From positions 14,539,429-14,603,428 of the forward strand of contig NC_057749.1 of assembly GCF_004010195.1 (NCBI RefSeq): DNA of 64,000 nucleotides, given 5' to 3'. The notes under the pieces are model-generated. The model did not search any database. It saw only the letters and a list, made by a program, of their open reading frames with translations, and was not told the origin of the DNA. Positions 38,577 through 50,810 of this stretch are shown one piece after another; position 1 is the first letter of the stretch; each line of letters starts with the position of its first letter. The position numbers were made by a program, and so were the translations under genes. Source of the DNA: Chiloscyllium plagiosum (Eukaryota).

Positions 38577-40292
38577 CATAGAACATCGAACATAACAGTG
38601 CAGTACAGGCCCTTCGTCTCTCGATGTTGCGCCGAACTGTGAAACCAATCTGAAGCCCATCTAACCTACACTATTCCATTCTCGTCCATATGCCTATCCA
38701 ATGACCATTTAAATGCCCTTAAAGTTGGCGAGTCTACTACTGTTGCAGGCAGTGCGTTCCACACCCCTTCTGTTCTCTGAGTAAAGAAATTACCTCTGAT
38801 ATTTGTCCTTTATCTATCACCCTCCATTTAAGACTATGCCCCCTCATGCTAACCATCACTATACAAGGAAAAGGTCTCTCACTGTCCATCCTATCTAACC
38901 CTCTGATTATCTTATATGTCTTAATTAAGTCACCTCTCAATCTTCTTCTCTCCAACGAAAATAGTATCAAGTCCCTCAGCCTTTCCTCATAAGACCTTCC
39001 CTCCATACCAGGCAACATCCTAGTAAGTCTCCTCTGCACCCTTTCCAAAGCTTCCACATCCTTCTTATAATGTGGTGTCCAGAACTGTACACAATATTCC
39101 AAGTGTGGCCACACCAGAGTTTTGTACAGCTGCAGCATGGCCTCAAGGTTCTGAAATTCAATCCCTCTACCAATAAAAGCTAACACACCGTATGCCTTCT
39201 TAACAAACCTATGAATCTGGGTGGCAACTTTCAGAGATCTATGTACATGGACACCAAGATCTCTCTGCTCATCTCCACTACCAGGAATCTTACCATTGGC
39301 CCAGTACTCTTTATTCCTGTTATTCTTTCCAAAGTGAATCACCTCACACACTTTTTCACATTAAACTCCATTTGCCACCTCTCAGTCCAGCTCTGCAGCT
39401 TATCTATATTTCCCTGTAACCTACAATATCCTTCTGCACTATCTGACCTTAGTTCATCTGCATATGTACTAACCCATCCTTCTACACCCTCATCCAGGTC
39501 ATTTATAAAAATGACAAACAGAAGTGACTCCAAAACAAATCCTTGCGGTACACCACTAGTAACTGAACTCCAGGATGAATATTTCCCATCAACCACCACC
39601 TTCTGTCTTTTTCAGCTCACTAATTATTGATCCAAACCACTAAGTCACCCTCAATCCCATACCTCCATACTTTGTGCATTAGCCTACCGTGGGGAACCTT
39701 ATCAAACGCCTTACTGAAATCCATATACATCACATCAACCACCTACCCTCAACCACCTGTTTGGTCACCTTCCCAAAGAACTCAAGAAGGTTTGTGAGGC
39801 ACGAACTACCCTTCACGAAACTGTGTTGACTATCCCTAATGAACTTATTCCTTTCTAGATTATTATAAATCCTATCTCTTACAACATTTTCCAACGCCTT
39901 ATCCACACCCAAAGTAAGGCTCACTGGTCTATAATTACCAGGGTTGTCTCTACTCCCCTTCTTGAACAAGGGAACAACATTTGCTTTCCTCCAGTCTTCT
40001 GGCACTATTCCTGTCGACAGTGATGACATTAAGGTCAAAGCCAAAGGCTTGGCAATCTCCTCCCTGGCTTCCCAGAGAATCCTAGGATAAATCCCATCCA
40101 GCCCAGGGGACTTAGCTATTTTCACACTTTCCAGAATTGCTAACACCTCCTCCTTGTGAACCTCCATCCCATCTGGTTTAGTAGCCTGCACCTCAGTATT
40201 CTCCTTGCCAATATTGTCTTTTTCTAGTGTGAATACTGACGAAAAATATTCATTTAGCGCTTGCCCTATCTCCTCTGACTCCACGCACAACT
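38577..40292 (-). mobile_element. CR1 LINE (RT region, frameshifted)
   Basis: [45 protein letters not shown] motifs. Confidence 0.9.
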
Positions 40293-40649
40293 TCCCACTA
40301 CTGTGGATTCCTATGAGAAACCGTAGTCGTCTCATTCAAAGTAGTCATTTCCAGGAACAGAGTCTTAATTTTCTTCTACATGTACATCAAATGCCCATCC
40401 TTCACATGTAAGTAGATCTTGTTTTTAATGATTTGTTTATGGGTACTGGTATCAGAAGAATGGCCTCCTTTCCCACTCACTGCTTCCCTGATAATGCTGT
40501 GGTGAATCCACCTCTGTGAGCTGTTATGGTGGTGCTATCTAAGTGGTGTTAGGTGGGGAATTCAGGAGTATTAACCCGGTAGACATGGTGGATCAGGAAA
40601 TATAGTCAGTTCAGAGGGGAGCCGGGACGTTTTAGTGCTCAATAAAGTT

Positions 40650-42000
40650 TTTGTTTAATCTCTCAAGGAATGTGCCACTGGCTGAGCCAGCATTTATTGC
40701 CCATTCCTAGTTCCTCATGAGAAGGTAGTGAGCTACCATCTTGAACCACTGCAGTCCATGTGCTGTAGGTTGAACCACAAATGCCCTTAGAGAGGGAAAT
40801 TCCAGGATTTTTACCCAGCGATAGTCCATCGTTTGGTGGTTTTCTGCACTGTGTCATGTAAATGGTACATACTGCTGCTACTGAGTGTCGGAGGTGGAGT
40901 GAGCAGATGTTGAAGATGGTGTATGGGGTACTTTTAAGGTGAGAAGGGAAAGGTTCAAAAGTGTGACTTGGGCAACTTGTTCACACAGAGGGTGGTGTGG
41001 GTATGGAATGAGCTGCCAGACGAAGTGGTAGAGGCTGGTACAATTAACATTTAAAAGGCATTTGGACAGATGCAAGAATAAATGCATGCAAATGGGACTT
41101 GTTCAGTCCAGAAAACCTGTTCAGCATGGATGAGTTGGGCCGAAGGGCCTGTTTCCATGCTGTGTGTCTCTACTGATCTAGGAACAGTGATATTGGAGAT
41201 GTGCAATTTACTCACCACCTTTCAGCTTAAGTTTGGACATTACCCAAGTCTTGCTACACTTGGACATGGACTGCTTCAGCATCTGACATGTTGTGAATGG
41301 TGCTGAATATTGTGCAATCATTGTCAAACATCCGCACTCTGATCTTATACTGGAGGGAAGGTCATTGATGAAGAAGCTGAAGATGGCTAGGTTGGGACAG
41401 TACCTAAGGGAACTCTTGTAGAGATGTCCTGGAGCTTAGATGACTGACCTCCAACAACCATAACCATCTTTCTTTGTGTCAAGCATGACGTCAACATCTG
41501 ATATTGACTGATTCCAGTTCTGCAAGGGTTACTTGATGCTATGCTCAGTCAGATGCAGCCTTGATGTCAAAGGCTGTTACTCGCACCTGACCTCTGGAAT
41601 GTAGCTCTTTGTCCAGATTTGAACCAAGGCTGTAATGAGGTTTAGGAACTGATGGAACCCAAAGTGAGCATCAGTGAGCAGGTTATGCAAGTGGGTGCTG
41701 CTTGGATAGCATTGTTGATGACATTTCCCATCACTTTATTGATGATTGAGGGAAGACAGTAATTGGGGTGGTAATTGACCAATTTGGATATGTCCTGCCT
41801 TTTGTGTACACGACAACTTTCCACATTGTCATGAAGATGTCAACATTGTAGCTGTACTGGAACAGCTTGCCTTGGGGAGCAGCAAGTTCTGGATGTAGGT
41901 CTTCAGTCCTATTCTTGGAATGTTGCAAAATCCATAGCCCTTGTACACTCCAGTGCCTCTAACTGTTGATATCATGTAGATTAGTCAAATTTGCTGAAGA
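40650..42000 (-). mobile_element. Old CR1/L2-clade LINE interrupted by a CR1 3' end (+, about 40932-41172)
   Basis: minus strand IFSFFINDLPS and NYHPNYCLPSIINKVM remnants; 3' tail shared with the second SINE family. Confidence 0.6.
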
Positions 42001-43732
42001 TGATGCAGTTAAAGTCACTGTCAGATCAGCTTTGATGTGATTGAATGGTGGAGCAAACCCAAATGGCCTCTTCCTGTTCCTATCTCGACCACATGAGCCT
42101 CTCAGTGGTAGAGGTAATTGGATTTAGAAGATGCTGTCAAATACATCACAATCAATCTCCATTGTGAAAAAGAGCATATCAAGTTTGGGCTATAAGGAGA
42201 GGCTGAATAGGCTGGGGCTTTGTCCCCTGGAGCATCAGAGGTTGAGATTATAAACCTTATAGAGGTTTATAAAATCATGAGGGATATGGATAGGTCTTCT
42301 TCCTCGGAATGTGGACCGAGGGGGTTCCGAAACTAGAGGGCATAGGTTTAGGGTGAGAGGGGAAAGATTTGAAAAGGACCTGAGTGGTAACATTTTCATG
42401 CAGGAGGTTGTGCATAATAGAACAAGCTGCCAGAAGAAGTGGTGGAGGCTGGTAGAATTATGACATTTAAAAGGCATCTGGATGGGTATATGAATAGGAA
42501 GGGTTTAGAGGGATATGAGTCAAATGTTGGCAAATGGTACTAGCTGGTTGGTATAGACAAGTTGGACCAAAGGGTCTGTTTCCACACTGTATGACTCCAA
42601 ACATGAGTTTTGTTTCCCTCTCCACGGATGTTGCTAGACCTGCTGAGTTCCTCCAGCATTTTCTGTTTTTATTTCAATACTTTACTTTTATTAGATTCTA
42701 TCTCATCTCCTCTTCCACGTTCTCCCTAATATTCTTTCCCTTCTGTGCTTTTCTCTCACGTTGGCTGGGCATGGGTACAATGACTTTGCCGATTTTACTT
42801 GGTTGCAAATACAAACTTCATTCAGTCTATACGACACTTGTTAGATCTCAGCTGGAGTTTATGTACTGCTGTAAGTGCCACGTTACAGCAAAGGTGTAAA
42901 TGCATTAGAGACAGTGCAGAAGTGATTTCCAAGCATGGTCCCAGGAATGTGAAACTTCAGTTATGAGGATAGATTGAAAAGGTAGGGACTGTTCTCCTTG
43001 GATAGAGAGCAGCTAAGAGATTTGATAAGGTTTCTAAAATCATGAGCAGGCTGCATACTGTAGGGAGAAGCTATTCCTCCTAGTAAAAGGAAAAAGAACG
43101 AGAGGGCATAGTTTAAAGTGATGCGCAAATGAAACAAGGGTAATGAGAGAAAAAGCTATTTCACCCAGCAAGTCATTAAGGTCTGGAATGGAATGCACTG
43201 CCTGGAAATGTGGAAGAGGTAGGTTCAATTGAGGCATTCAAGAGGGCATTGTTAATTACCTAGATAGATAATTTATGGGGAGGCAATGGTCTAGTGATAG
43301 ATGATTAATCCATGCACCCAAGTAATGTTCTGGGGACCGAGGTTCAAATCTCACCATGGCAGATGATGGAATTTGAATTCAATAACAATCTGGAATTACG
43401 AGTATAATGATGACCATAAACTGTTAATGATTGTTGTGAAAACCCAGCTGGTTCACTAATGTTCTTTAGGGAGGGAAATCTGTCATCCTTACCTGGCCTG
43501 GCCCACATATCACTCCAGACCCTCAACAGTGTGGTTAATTCTCAACTACCCACTGGGCAACAAATGCTGGTCTAGCCAGCAACACCCACATCCCATGAAT
43601 GAATTTTTAAAAAGGTAGGAATGGTCAGATGTGAGGAGAAGGTACTAGGTGCAGGCACGATGGGAAGAATGGCCTCTTTGGCAAAGTAACAATTCTGTGA
43701 TTCTCCAGTGATGTGTAGTACACCAGGCCCTG

Positions 43733-44200
43733 CACATGTGGCAGGCTGTGGGACCCCCTCCCCCACACATGGAAGGCTGTGGTACCCCTCCCTCACACGT
43801 GGAAGGCTGTGGTACCCCTCCCTCACACGTGGAAGGCTGTGGTACCCCTCCCGGTACCCCTCCCTCACACGTGGAAGGCTGTGGTACCCCTCCCTCACAC
43901 ATGGAAGGCTGTGGTACTCCTCCTCCACATGTAGAAGGCTGTGGTACCCCTCCCGCACACATGTGGAAGGCTGTGGTACCCCTCCCCCACATGTGGAAGG
44001 TTGGGGGACCACTCCCCCACATGGAAAGCTGTGGTACTCCTCCCTCACATGTGGAAGGCTGTGGTACCCCTCCCCCACACGTGGAAGGCTGTGGTACCCC
44101 TCCCCCACATGGAAGGCTGTGGTGCCTCTCCCTCACACGTGGAAGGCTGTGGTGCCCCTCCCTCACACGTGGAAGGCTGTGGGATCCCCTCCCCCACATT
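43733..44200. repeat. About 30-bp minisatellite, about 15 units, in CHRNA3 intron 3
   Basis: unit cacgtggaaggctgtggtacccctccctca; explains the 10-aa-repeat ORFs in several frames. Confidence 0.95.
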
Positions 44201-44417
44201 TGAAAGGGCATGGGACCAAAATCCCACCCCACTCCCCACCCCCCCATATGTGGTACCAGATGCCAGTGTTGGCCCAACTGTGATAATGCAAGCGACCAAC
44301 CCAATACTGAGCAGGACCCCCAGAGCTCCTGGAAAACAATCAGGTCACCACAGCAGCCTGGCCTCTTTGGCCCGGGCGCAAATCAGTCCTGTCTGGAATA
44401 AACGATAGGACACTCAC

Positions 44418-44462
44418 ATGCTTCAGCCACAAGTTGGTCTCCATAATTTGATTGATCTCGTC
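44418..44462 (-). CDS. CHRNA3: nAChR alpha3-type exon 3
   Basis: canonical 45-nt exon, ccacag|DEINQIMETNLWLKH|gtgagt. Confidence 0.95.
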
Positions 44463-44568
44463 CTGTGGAGGGAAAGAATGAGTTGTTACAGGGTTAAATG
44501 GGACTGCACAGCCAGACAAGTCAGCACACAGCCTGGGGCCAGGCAGTAAGGAGAGCACTATACTGTAC

Positions 44569-44708
44569 CACTTTGATCAGCTGGGACAGAGACACCTCGA
44601 ACTGCACTACCACTGGCCTGGACACATTCTCCACCGGCCTAATGTACCGACTGTAATTAGCGAATAGCTTGCCAAGTAGCTTCCTCTCTCCTTCAGTGGA
44701 CAGGGCAG
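44569..44708 (-). CDS. CHRNA3: nAChR alpha3-type exon 2
   Basis: 140 nt, aag|...|gtacag; AALSTEGERKLLGKLFANYSRYIRPVENVSRPVVVQFEVSLSQLIKV. Confidence 0.9.
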
Positions 44709-45218
44709 CTTGTTTTTACAGAAGAAATCAACAGGGTTGTTGGGGGGGGGGGGGGGGGTTGGGGGGAAGATGGTGGTAGTTGGGGGGTGGACAGAGGGAG
44801 AGGGAGGAGGAGATGATGGGTGTAGGGAGAGAGAGAGAAAACACCTTCTATTACTTTGACAAGTCTTCAGATTTCCAACAGTATGCACTGCTCCACTCTC
44901 CCACCCACCCTCCCATCCAAACTCCTTTGTTTACTGTGACAGAGCAGATAAAACGTTTTTTAAAAAAAAACATTTCACTTAAAAAAAAAACAAGTGGGCT
45001 GAGAAATAAACAGAAGTTGAAACTAGAAGTGACTGGAGCTGACCGGATGATGATGTCCGCCCAATTTTGCAAACCCCACTTGCAAGGAGGGTTTGTAATT
45101 CACCAGATACAAACTGATGATGCTCAGGGAATAAGGACTGGCACATGAAGCCAGCCTGATGTGGCTACACTATCCTCCTCCCACCCCACCCTCACCCAGC
45201 AGCATTTGCTAAGCTTAC

Positions 45219-45279
45219 CTCCAAGAAACAGAAGGAAGACACAGCCGGCCAGTGGCCGAGTGCCGACTCTGAGACCCAT
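45219..45279 (-). CDS. CHRNA3: nAChR alpha3-type exon 1 (signal peptide)
   Basis: ATG at 45279; MGLRVGTRPLAGCVFLLFLG then G|gtaagc donor; hydrophobic leader, phase 1 matches exon 2. Confidence 0.8.
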
Positions 45280-45499
45280 TGAACCGAGCGGGTGGGCTGG
45301 GAGTGAGCTGAAAGGATAGCGGCTGGAACGGGCAGAGCGCAGCCAAGTGGCTCTCCAGCAGCGACTGAATCAGCAGACGGAGCTGAGAGTCTCAAGGGGA
45401 AAATGCTGAGAGAGACTCAACCCCGCCAGGCTCGTCTCACACGCAAGTCAAGGCTCTTGCCTCTATCCCAGACACACAGCTCCTTCCTGAATTCCACTC

Positions 45500-46145
45500 G
45501 CTCCCTCTTTCTCACACTCACACCACAGGAACTCTCACACTTTCACATACTCCTCTCACAGTCACACTCACTTCCACACTCATTTTCACACAAACTCAAT
45601 CCATAAACTTTCACACACACACACTCTCTTCACACACTCACTCCACACACTTTCGCACGCACACACTTTCACACACTCTCTCACACTCTCTTCACACACT
45701 CACTCCACACACTTTCGCGTGCGCACACACTTTCACACACTCTCACACTCTCTTCACACGCACTCCACACACTTTCACGCGCACACACACTTTCACACTC
45801 TCTTCGCACACTCTCTTCACGCACTCACTCCACACACTTTCGCACACACACACACTTTCACACACTCTCTCACACTCACTTTGACACTCTCACACTTACT
45901 TTGACATACGCCCCTCACACTTTCACATAATCCCTCACTCACTTTCAACCTCTCGCACTCACTTTCACATACTGTCACACTCACTTCACACACTCTCTCA
46001 CACTTACTTTGACATACCCCCTCACACACTTCATAACTTTCTCACAAGCTCATTTCACACTCTCTGATACTCCACGTGCTCACATTTTACAGACCCACAC
46101 TTCACACACTTCTCACACACTTCACATACTGTCTCACACTCACAC
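45500..46145. repeat. CA/CT-rich low-complexity repeat upstream of CHRNA3 exon 1
   Basis: degenerate cacact/ctttcacacac tracts. Confidence 0.85.
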
Positions 46146-46941
46146 GTAATTCAGGCGCACTACCTTTGTCATACTCCCAACACTTCCAAAAATATCTTTC
46201 TGAAATTCACACCTGCAGATTGTGCTACAATAATACTACAGCATTATTACACCTCAGGAAATGAGAAAATTGCATTCCTCAATGGTGTCTGTAAACTCCA
46301 TTGCTGTGGATTAATATTAAACACAACTTATATTGTTACACTGTAGCGAGGAGAGGGTCCTGTAATGAAGGATCAAACCCAGCAACACTGGAAAGCTCTT
46401 AATTAGACAATGTTTATAATTTGGAAGTTCTTTCAAGAAGAGGGTACCTAAATGAAATGTGGTTTATTGATCTGTCTGAATGATTTAAAAATAGACTTCC
46501 CAATTAAATTTTGAAGGAACTGCTGAAGAAAATTGTTAAGATTGTGAAGAAATAACAAAAACTTCTTTTAAATATGGTCTCTTGCTCTATTTGCCAGAGG
46601 TCAGCACTTTGTTATTGAGTTATGGGTACAGCATTTCCTTTAATGTTTGATAGTCACCCTATTAAAGGTCGTAAATTGAACAAATTAGATTTAAAACTGC
46701 ATGTAATTTCCGTCATTCAGTTTAATATCAAAAAGTAGATGTCTGTTGAGGTTACTTCTGGTAGTTTGGATGATTATTATTCTATAATGAGAACAGCATG
46801 GTATCAACTTGTACCAGTGTTGGTTCTGGCTCAGTGGGTGTTGCTCCTTTCTCTGAATCAGAAGGTTATTTGTTCAAATCATATGCCAGAAATTGAGCCA
46901 TGATCTGGTTACCACTTCAGTGCAATGCCAAGGAACAGTGC

Positions 46942-49885
46942 AGGGGATGACCTCTTGGGGTAAAATATAGTTCGGCAGGGAATGGGAACCGGAGCTACGA
47001 ATCAGAGGACGGGGAAGCTGATGAACAGGCAGACACAGCGTGCAGAGAGTCTGTGAGGAAGGATAACAGTTGATAATAGGGCAAAATTGCAGTCAGTGTG
47101 ATGGGTTGCAGTGTGTCTGTTTTAACACAAGTGTAAGGAATAAGGGTGATGAACTCAGAGCATGGATCAGTACTTGGAGCAATGATGTTGTGGCCATTAC
47201 GAAGACGTGGATATCACAGGGGCAGGAATGGTTGTTGGATGTTCCAGGGTTTCGATATTTCAAAAGAAATTGGGATGGAGGTAAAAGAGGTGAGGGAGTG
47301 GCATTGCTAATCGGGGATAGATCACAGCTGCAGAAAGGGATTTTCTCAAGGACAGTTTGTCCACTGAGTCAGTATGGGTGGAAGTCAGAAACAGGAAAGG
47401 AGCATTCACTTTACTGGGAGTTTTCTACAGATTCCCCAATAGCAACAGAGACACTGAGGAGCAGATTGGGAGGCAGATTTTGGAAAGGTGCAGAAGTAAC
47501 AGGGTTGTTGTCAAGGGTGACTTTAACTTCCCTAATATTGATTGGACCCTCCTTTGTGCAAATAGTTTGGATGGAGAAGATTTTGTCAGGTGTGTCCAGA
47601 AAGGATTCCTGACTCAATATGTACGTAAGTGGAGGTTATATTGGATTTGGTGCTTGGCAACGAACCAGGTCAGGTGTCAGATCTCTCATTGGGAGAGCAT
47701 TTCGATGATAGTGATTCACAACTCCCTGACCTTTAATATAGTCATGGAGAGGGAGAGGAGCAGATGGTATGGGAAAATTACTTAATCAAGGGAGGGGGAA
47801 ATTACAATGCTATTAGGCAGGAACTATGGAGTATAAATTGGGAATAGATATTCTCAGAGAAATATACAACAGAAATGGAGGCTGTTTAAGGGGCACTTGC
47901 TGCAAGTGCTAGATAGGTTTGTCCCACTGAGGCAAGGACTGGATGGTAGAGTGAAGGAACCTTGGGTGATGTGAAACACCTAGTGAAGAGGAAGAAAGAA
48001 GCTTAATTAAGGTTGAGGAAACAAGGATCAGACAGGGTTACAAGGTAGCCAGGAAGGAACTGGAGAATGGACTTAGGAGAGCTAGAAGGGGGCATTAAAA
48101 AGCTTTGGTAGTCGGATCAAGGAAAATGCCAGGGCATTCTATACTTAGGTGAGGAACAAGAGGATGACCAGAGTGAGGGTAGGGCCAATCAGGGATAGTG
48201 GAGGGAACTTGCCAGAAGTCAGAGGAGGTAGGGGAGGTCCTTAAGGAATACTGTGCTTCAGTATTCACTATAGAGAGGGAACTTGTCATTTGTGAGGACA
48301 GTATGAAACAGGCTGATATGCTCAAGCATCTCACAGGTTGATGTTAAGAAGGAGGATGTGCTGCAAATATTGAAAAACATGAGGACAGATAAGTCCCCTG
48401 GGCCAAATGGGATATATTACAGGAGACAAAGGAAGAAATTGCAGTGCCTTTTGAGATGATCTTTGCGTCCTCACTGTCCACTGGACTAGTACCCGATGAT
48501 TGGAGGGTGGCAAATGTTATTCCTTTGATCAAAAAGGGAATAGGGATAACCCTGGGAATTACAGACCAGTTAGTCTTGTGTCAGTGGTGGGCAAATTATT
48601 GGAGAGGATTCTGAGAGGCCGGATTTATGATTATTTGGAAAAGCATACTAGAGATAGATTAGAGATAGTCAGCATGGCTTTGTGAGGGGCAGGTCATGCA
48701 TCATAAGTCTTATGGAATTCCTTGAGGATGTGACAAAACATCTTGATGAGTGTGGATGCATCTAGAGCAGTGGATGTGGTATATATGGACTTTAGCAAGG
48801 AGATTGGTAAGGTTCCCCATGGTAGGCTCATTCAGAAAGCAAGGAGGCATGGGAATACAGGGAAATCTGGCTGTCTGGATACAGAATTGGCTGGCCCATG
48901 GAAAACAGAGGGTGGTGGTAGATGGAAAGTATTCTGCCTGGAGCTCAGTGACCCATGGTGTTCTGCAGACAGATGTTCTAGGACCTCTGTGATTTCTATA
49001 AATGACTTGGATGAGGAAGTGGAAGGATGGGTTGGTAAGTTTATTGATCACGTGAAGGTTGATGGAGTTATGGATAGTGTGAAGGGCTGTTGTAGGTTGC
49101 AACAGGACATTGACAAGATGCAGGGGTGGGCTGGGAAGTGGCAGATGGAGTTCAACCTGGAAAAGTTGAATTTGAATGGGTTAAAGGCAGAATTCTTGGC
49201 AGTGTGAAGGAACAGAGGCATCTTGGTGTCCATGTCCATAGATCCCTCAAAGTTGCCACCCAAGTTGATAGGATTATTAAAAAGGCATATGGTGTGTTGG
49301 CTTTCATTAGCAGAGGGACTGAGTTTAAGAGCCACAAACCACAGCTCTAAAAGGCCCTAATTAGACCACACTTGGAATATTGTGTTCAGTTCCTGTTGTC
49401 TCATTATAGGAAGGATGTAAAAGCTTTACAGAGGGTGCAGAGGAGATTTACCAGGATGCTGCCTGGATTGGAGGGCATGTCTTATAGAGAAAGGTTGAGG
49501 GAACTGGGGCTTTTCTCATTGGAGTGGAGAAGGATGAGAGGTGACTTGATAGAGATGATAAGATAATGAAAGGCATAGAGTGGATAGCCAGAGACTTTTT
49601 CCCAGGGCAGAAATGGCTATCATGAGGGGGCATAATTTTAAGGTGATTGGAGGAGGGTATAGGGGAGATGTCAGAGGTAGGTTCTTTACCAGAGAGTGGT
49701 GGGTGCGAGGAATGCATTGCCAGCAATGGTAATAGGGTCATTAGGGACATTTAAGTGATTCTTGGATAGGTGCATGGATGACAGTAAAATGAAGGGTATG
49801 TAGGTTAGTTTGATCTTAGAGTAGGATGAAATGTCAGTATAACATCGAGGGCTGAAGGGCCTGTACTGTTCTATGTTCTATATCT
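46942..49885 (+). mobile_element. Long decayed CR1 LINE (APE endonuclease, RT and 3' tail) inserted in a SacSINE1-like element
   Basis: VAITKTW, GVFYRFPN, GDFNFPNIDW (APE); PGNYRPVSL, YMDFSK, WQMEFN, EYCVQF (RT); SINE head at about 46825-46941 and tail at about 49890-50165. Confidence 0.9.
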
Positions 49886-50399
49886 ATATCAAGCCATGGC
49901 CGTTCTCCTATGACACAAAAGATACCAGGACACTATTCCAAGAAGAACTAGGGAGTTCTCTCTGGGGCAGTAAAAATTCCTCAGCCAATGCCAATCATTT
50001 GGTAAGTTATTTAATTACTTTTCACTGCACATGCACATTGGCCACATGGTTTTAAAAGTTGTGATCTTGACAGTCGTCCAGAAATATTTATTTGTCTGTA
50101 AGAAATTTGCAGTGCTCTGAAATCTCAAAAGGTATCCTGCATAAAGACAGGTCATTTCTTGCTTCATGAAAATTACATTATTCTGGCCTGCCAATACTTA
50201 TGCCAAATCATAGCACCATTTTATAAGGAAATGGACATACAATGTAGTCTTCTTCTGCTGAGACAGCTTGCTGTATAACATTGAATTTCTTTAAAGACAC
50301 ACAGTCTAATACATTTATCACGCATCCTGAGGTCAAATAAAGGCTGACATCTCTTAGATAAATCTTGAGGAAAATGGAGGCGGTTTTTAATTTGATTTG

Positions 50400-50810
50400 A
50401 TTTATTGATTTATCCTAAATACAATGATAAGCTTTTTTTGTGATCAGTACAGGCAGATCATAGCAAGCAAGGACATACAGATTATAGGGTGCTTAGACAG
50501 AGCAAGGCTTACATGTTACAACTGCTCAGAAGCTGTGCAAAGCAAGATCAATATTAGCAAGATCAACATTATTTGAAGTTAGAGAGTCAATTCATCAATC
50601 TAATAACGGCAGGGAAGAAGCTGTTCTTGAATCTGTAGGTGCATGTGTTCAAGCTTCTGTACCTTCTGCCTAACGGAAGGGGTTGGAAGAGAGCATCACC
50701 GGGGTGGGAGGGGTCTCTGATGATGTTGGAAGCCTTTCCGTGGCAACAAGAAGTGTAAATGGAGTCCATGGATGTGACATTAGCTTCCATGATGGTCTGG
50801 GCCATGTTTT
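50400..50810 (-). mobile_element. Rex1/Babar-type LINE 3' end (second copy at about 55855-56400)
   Basis: IIRDPSHPGDALFQPLPLGRRYRS..RFKNSFFPAVIRLMN C-terminal signature. Confidence 0.7.

Noticed and set aside
43572..44408. Overlapping 155-219-aa repetitive Cys/Gly/Pro-rich ORFs, or a CRISPR-like array
   Set aside because: They result from a stop-free 30-bp minisatellite open in many frames; there are no unique spacers or cas genes, and the context is eukaryotic.
18567..45279. Assignment as CHRNA6 with a CHRNB5/B3 cluster
   Set aside because: TWIPPA, FDYQNC, WESGEW, IYPDIT, IPLIGEY and the cytoplasmic loop are alpha3-type, and UBL7 belongs to the CHRNA3 chromosomal region.
45295..45390. REST/RE1 site near CHRNA3 exon 1
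   Set aside because: Only weak half-site similarity; no TCAGCACC-nn-GGACAG match.
46334..46557. Second solo LTR (TGTTA..TAACA)
   Set aside because: No target-site duplication.
46942..49885. Active autonomous LINE
   Set aside because: Multiple stops and frameshifts fragment ORF2.
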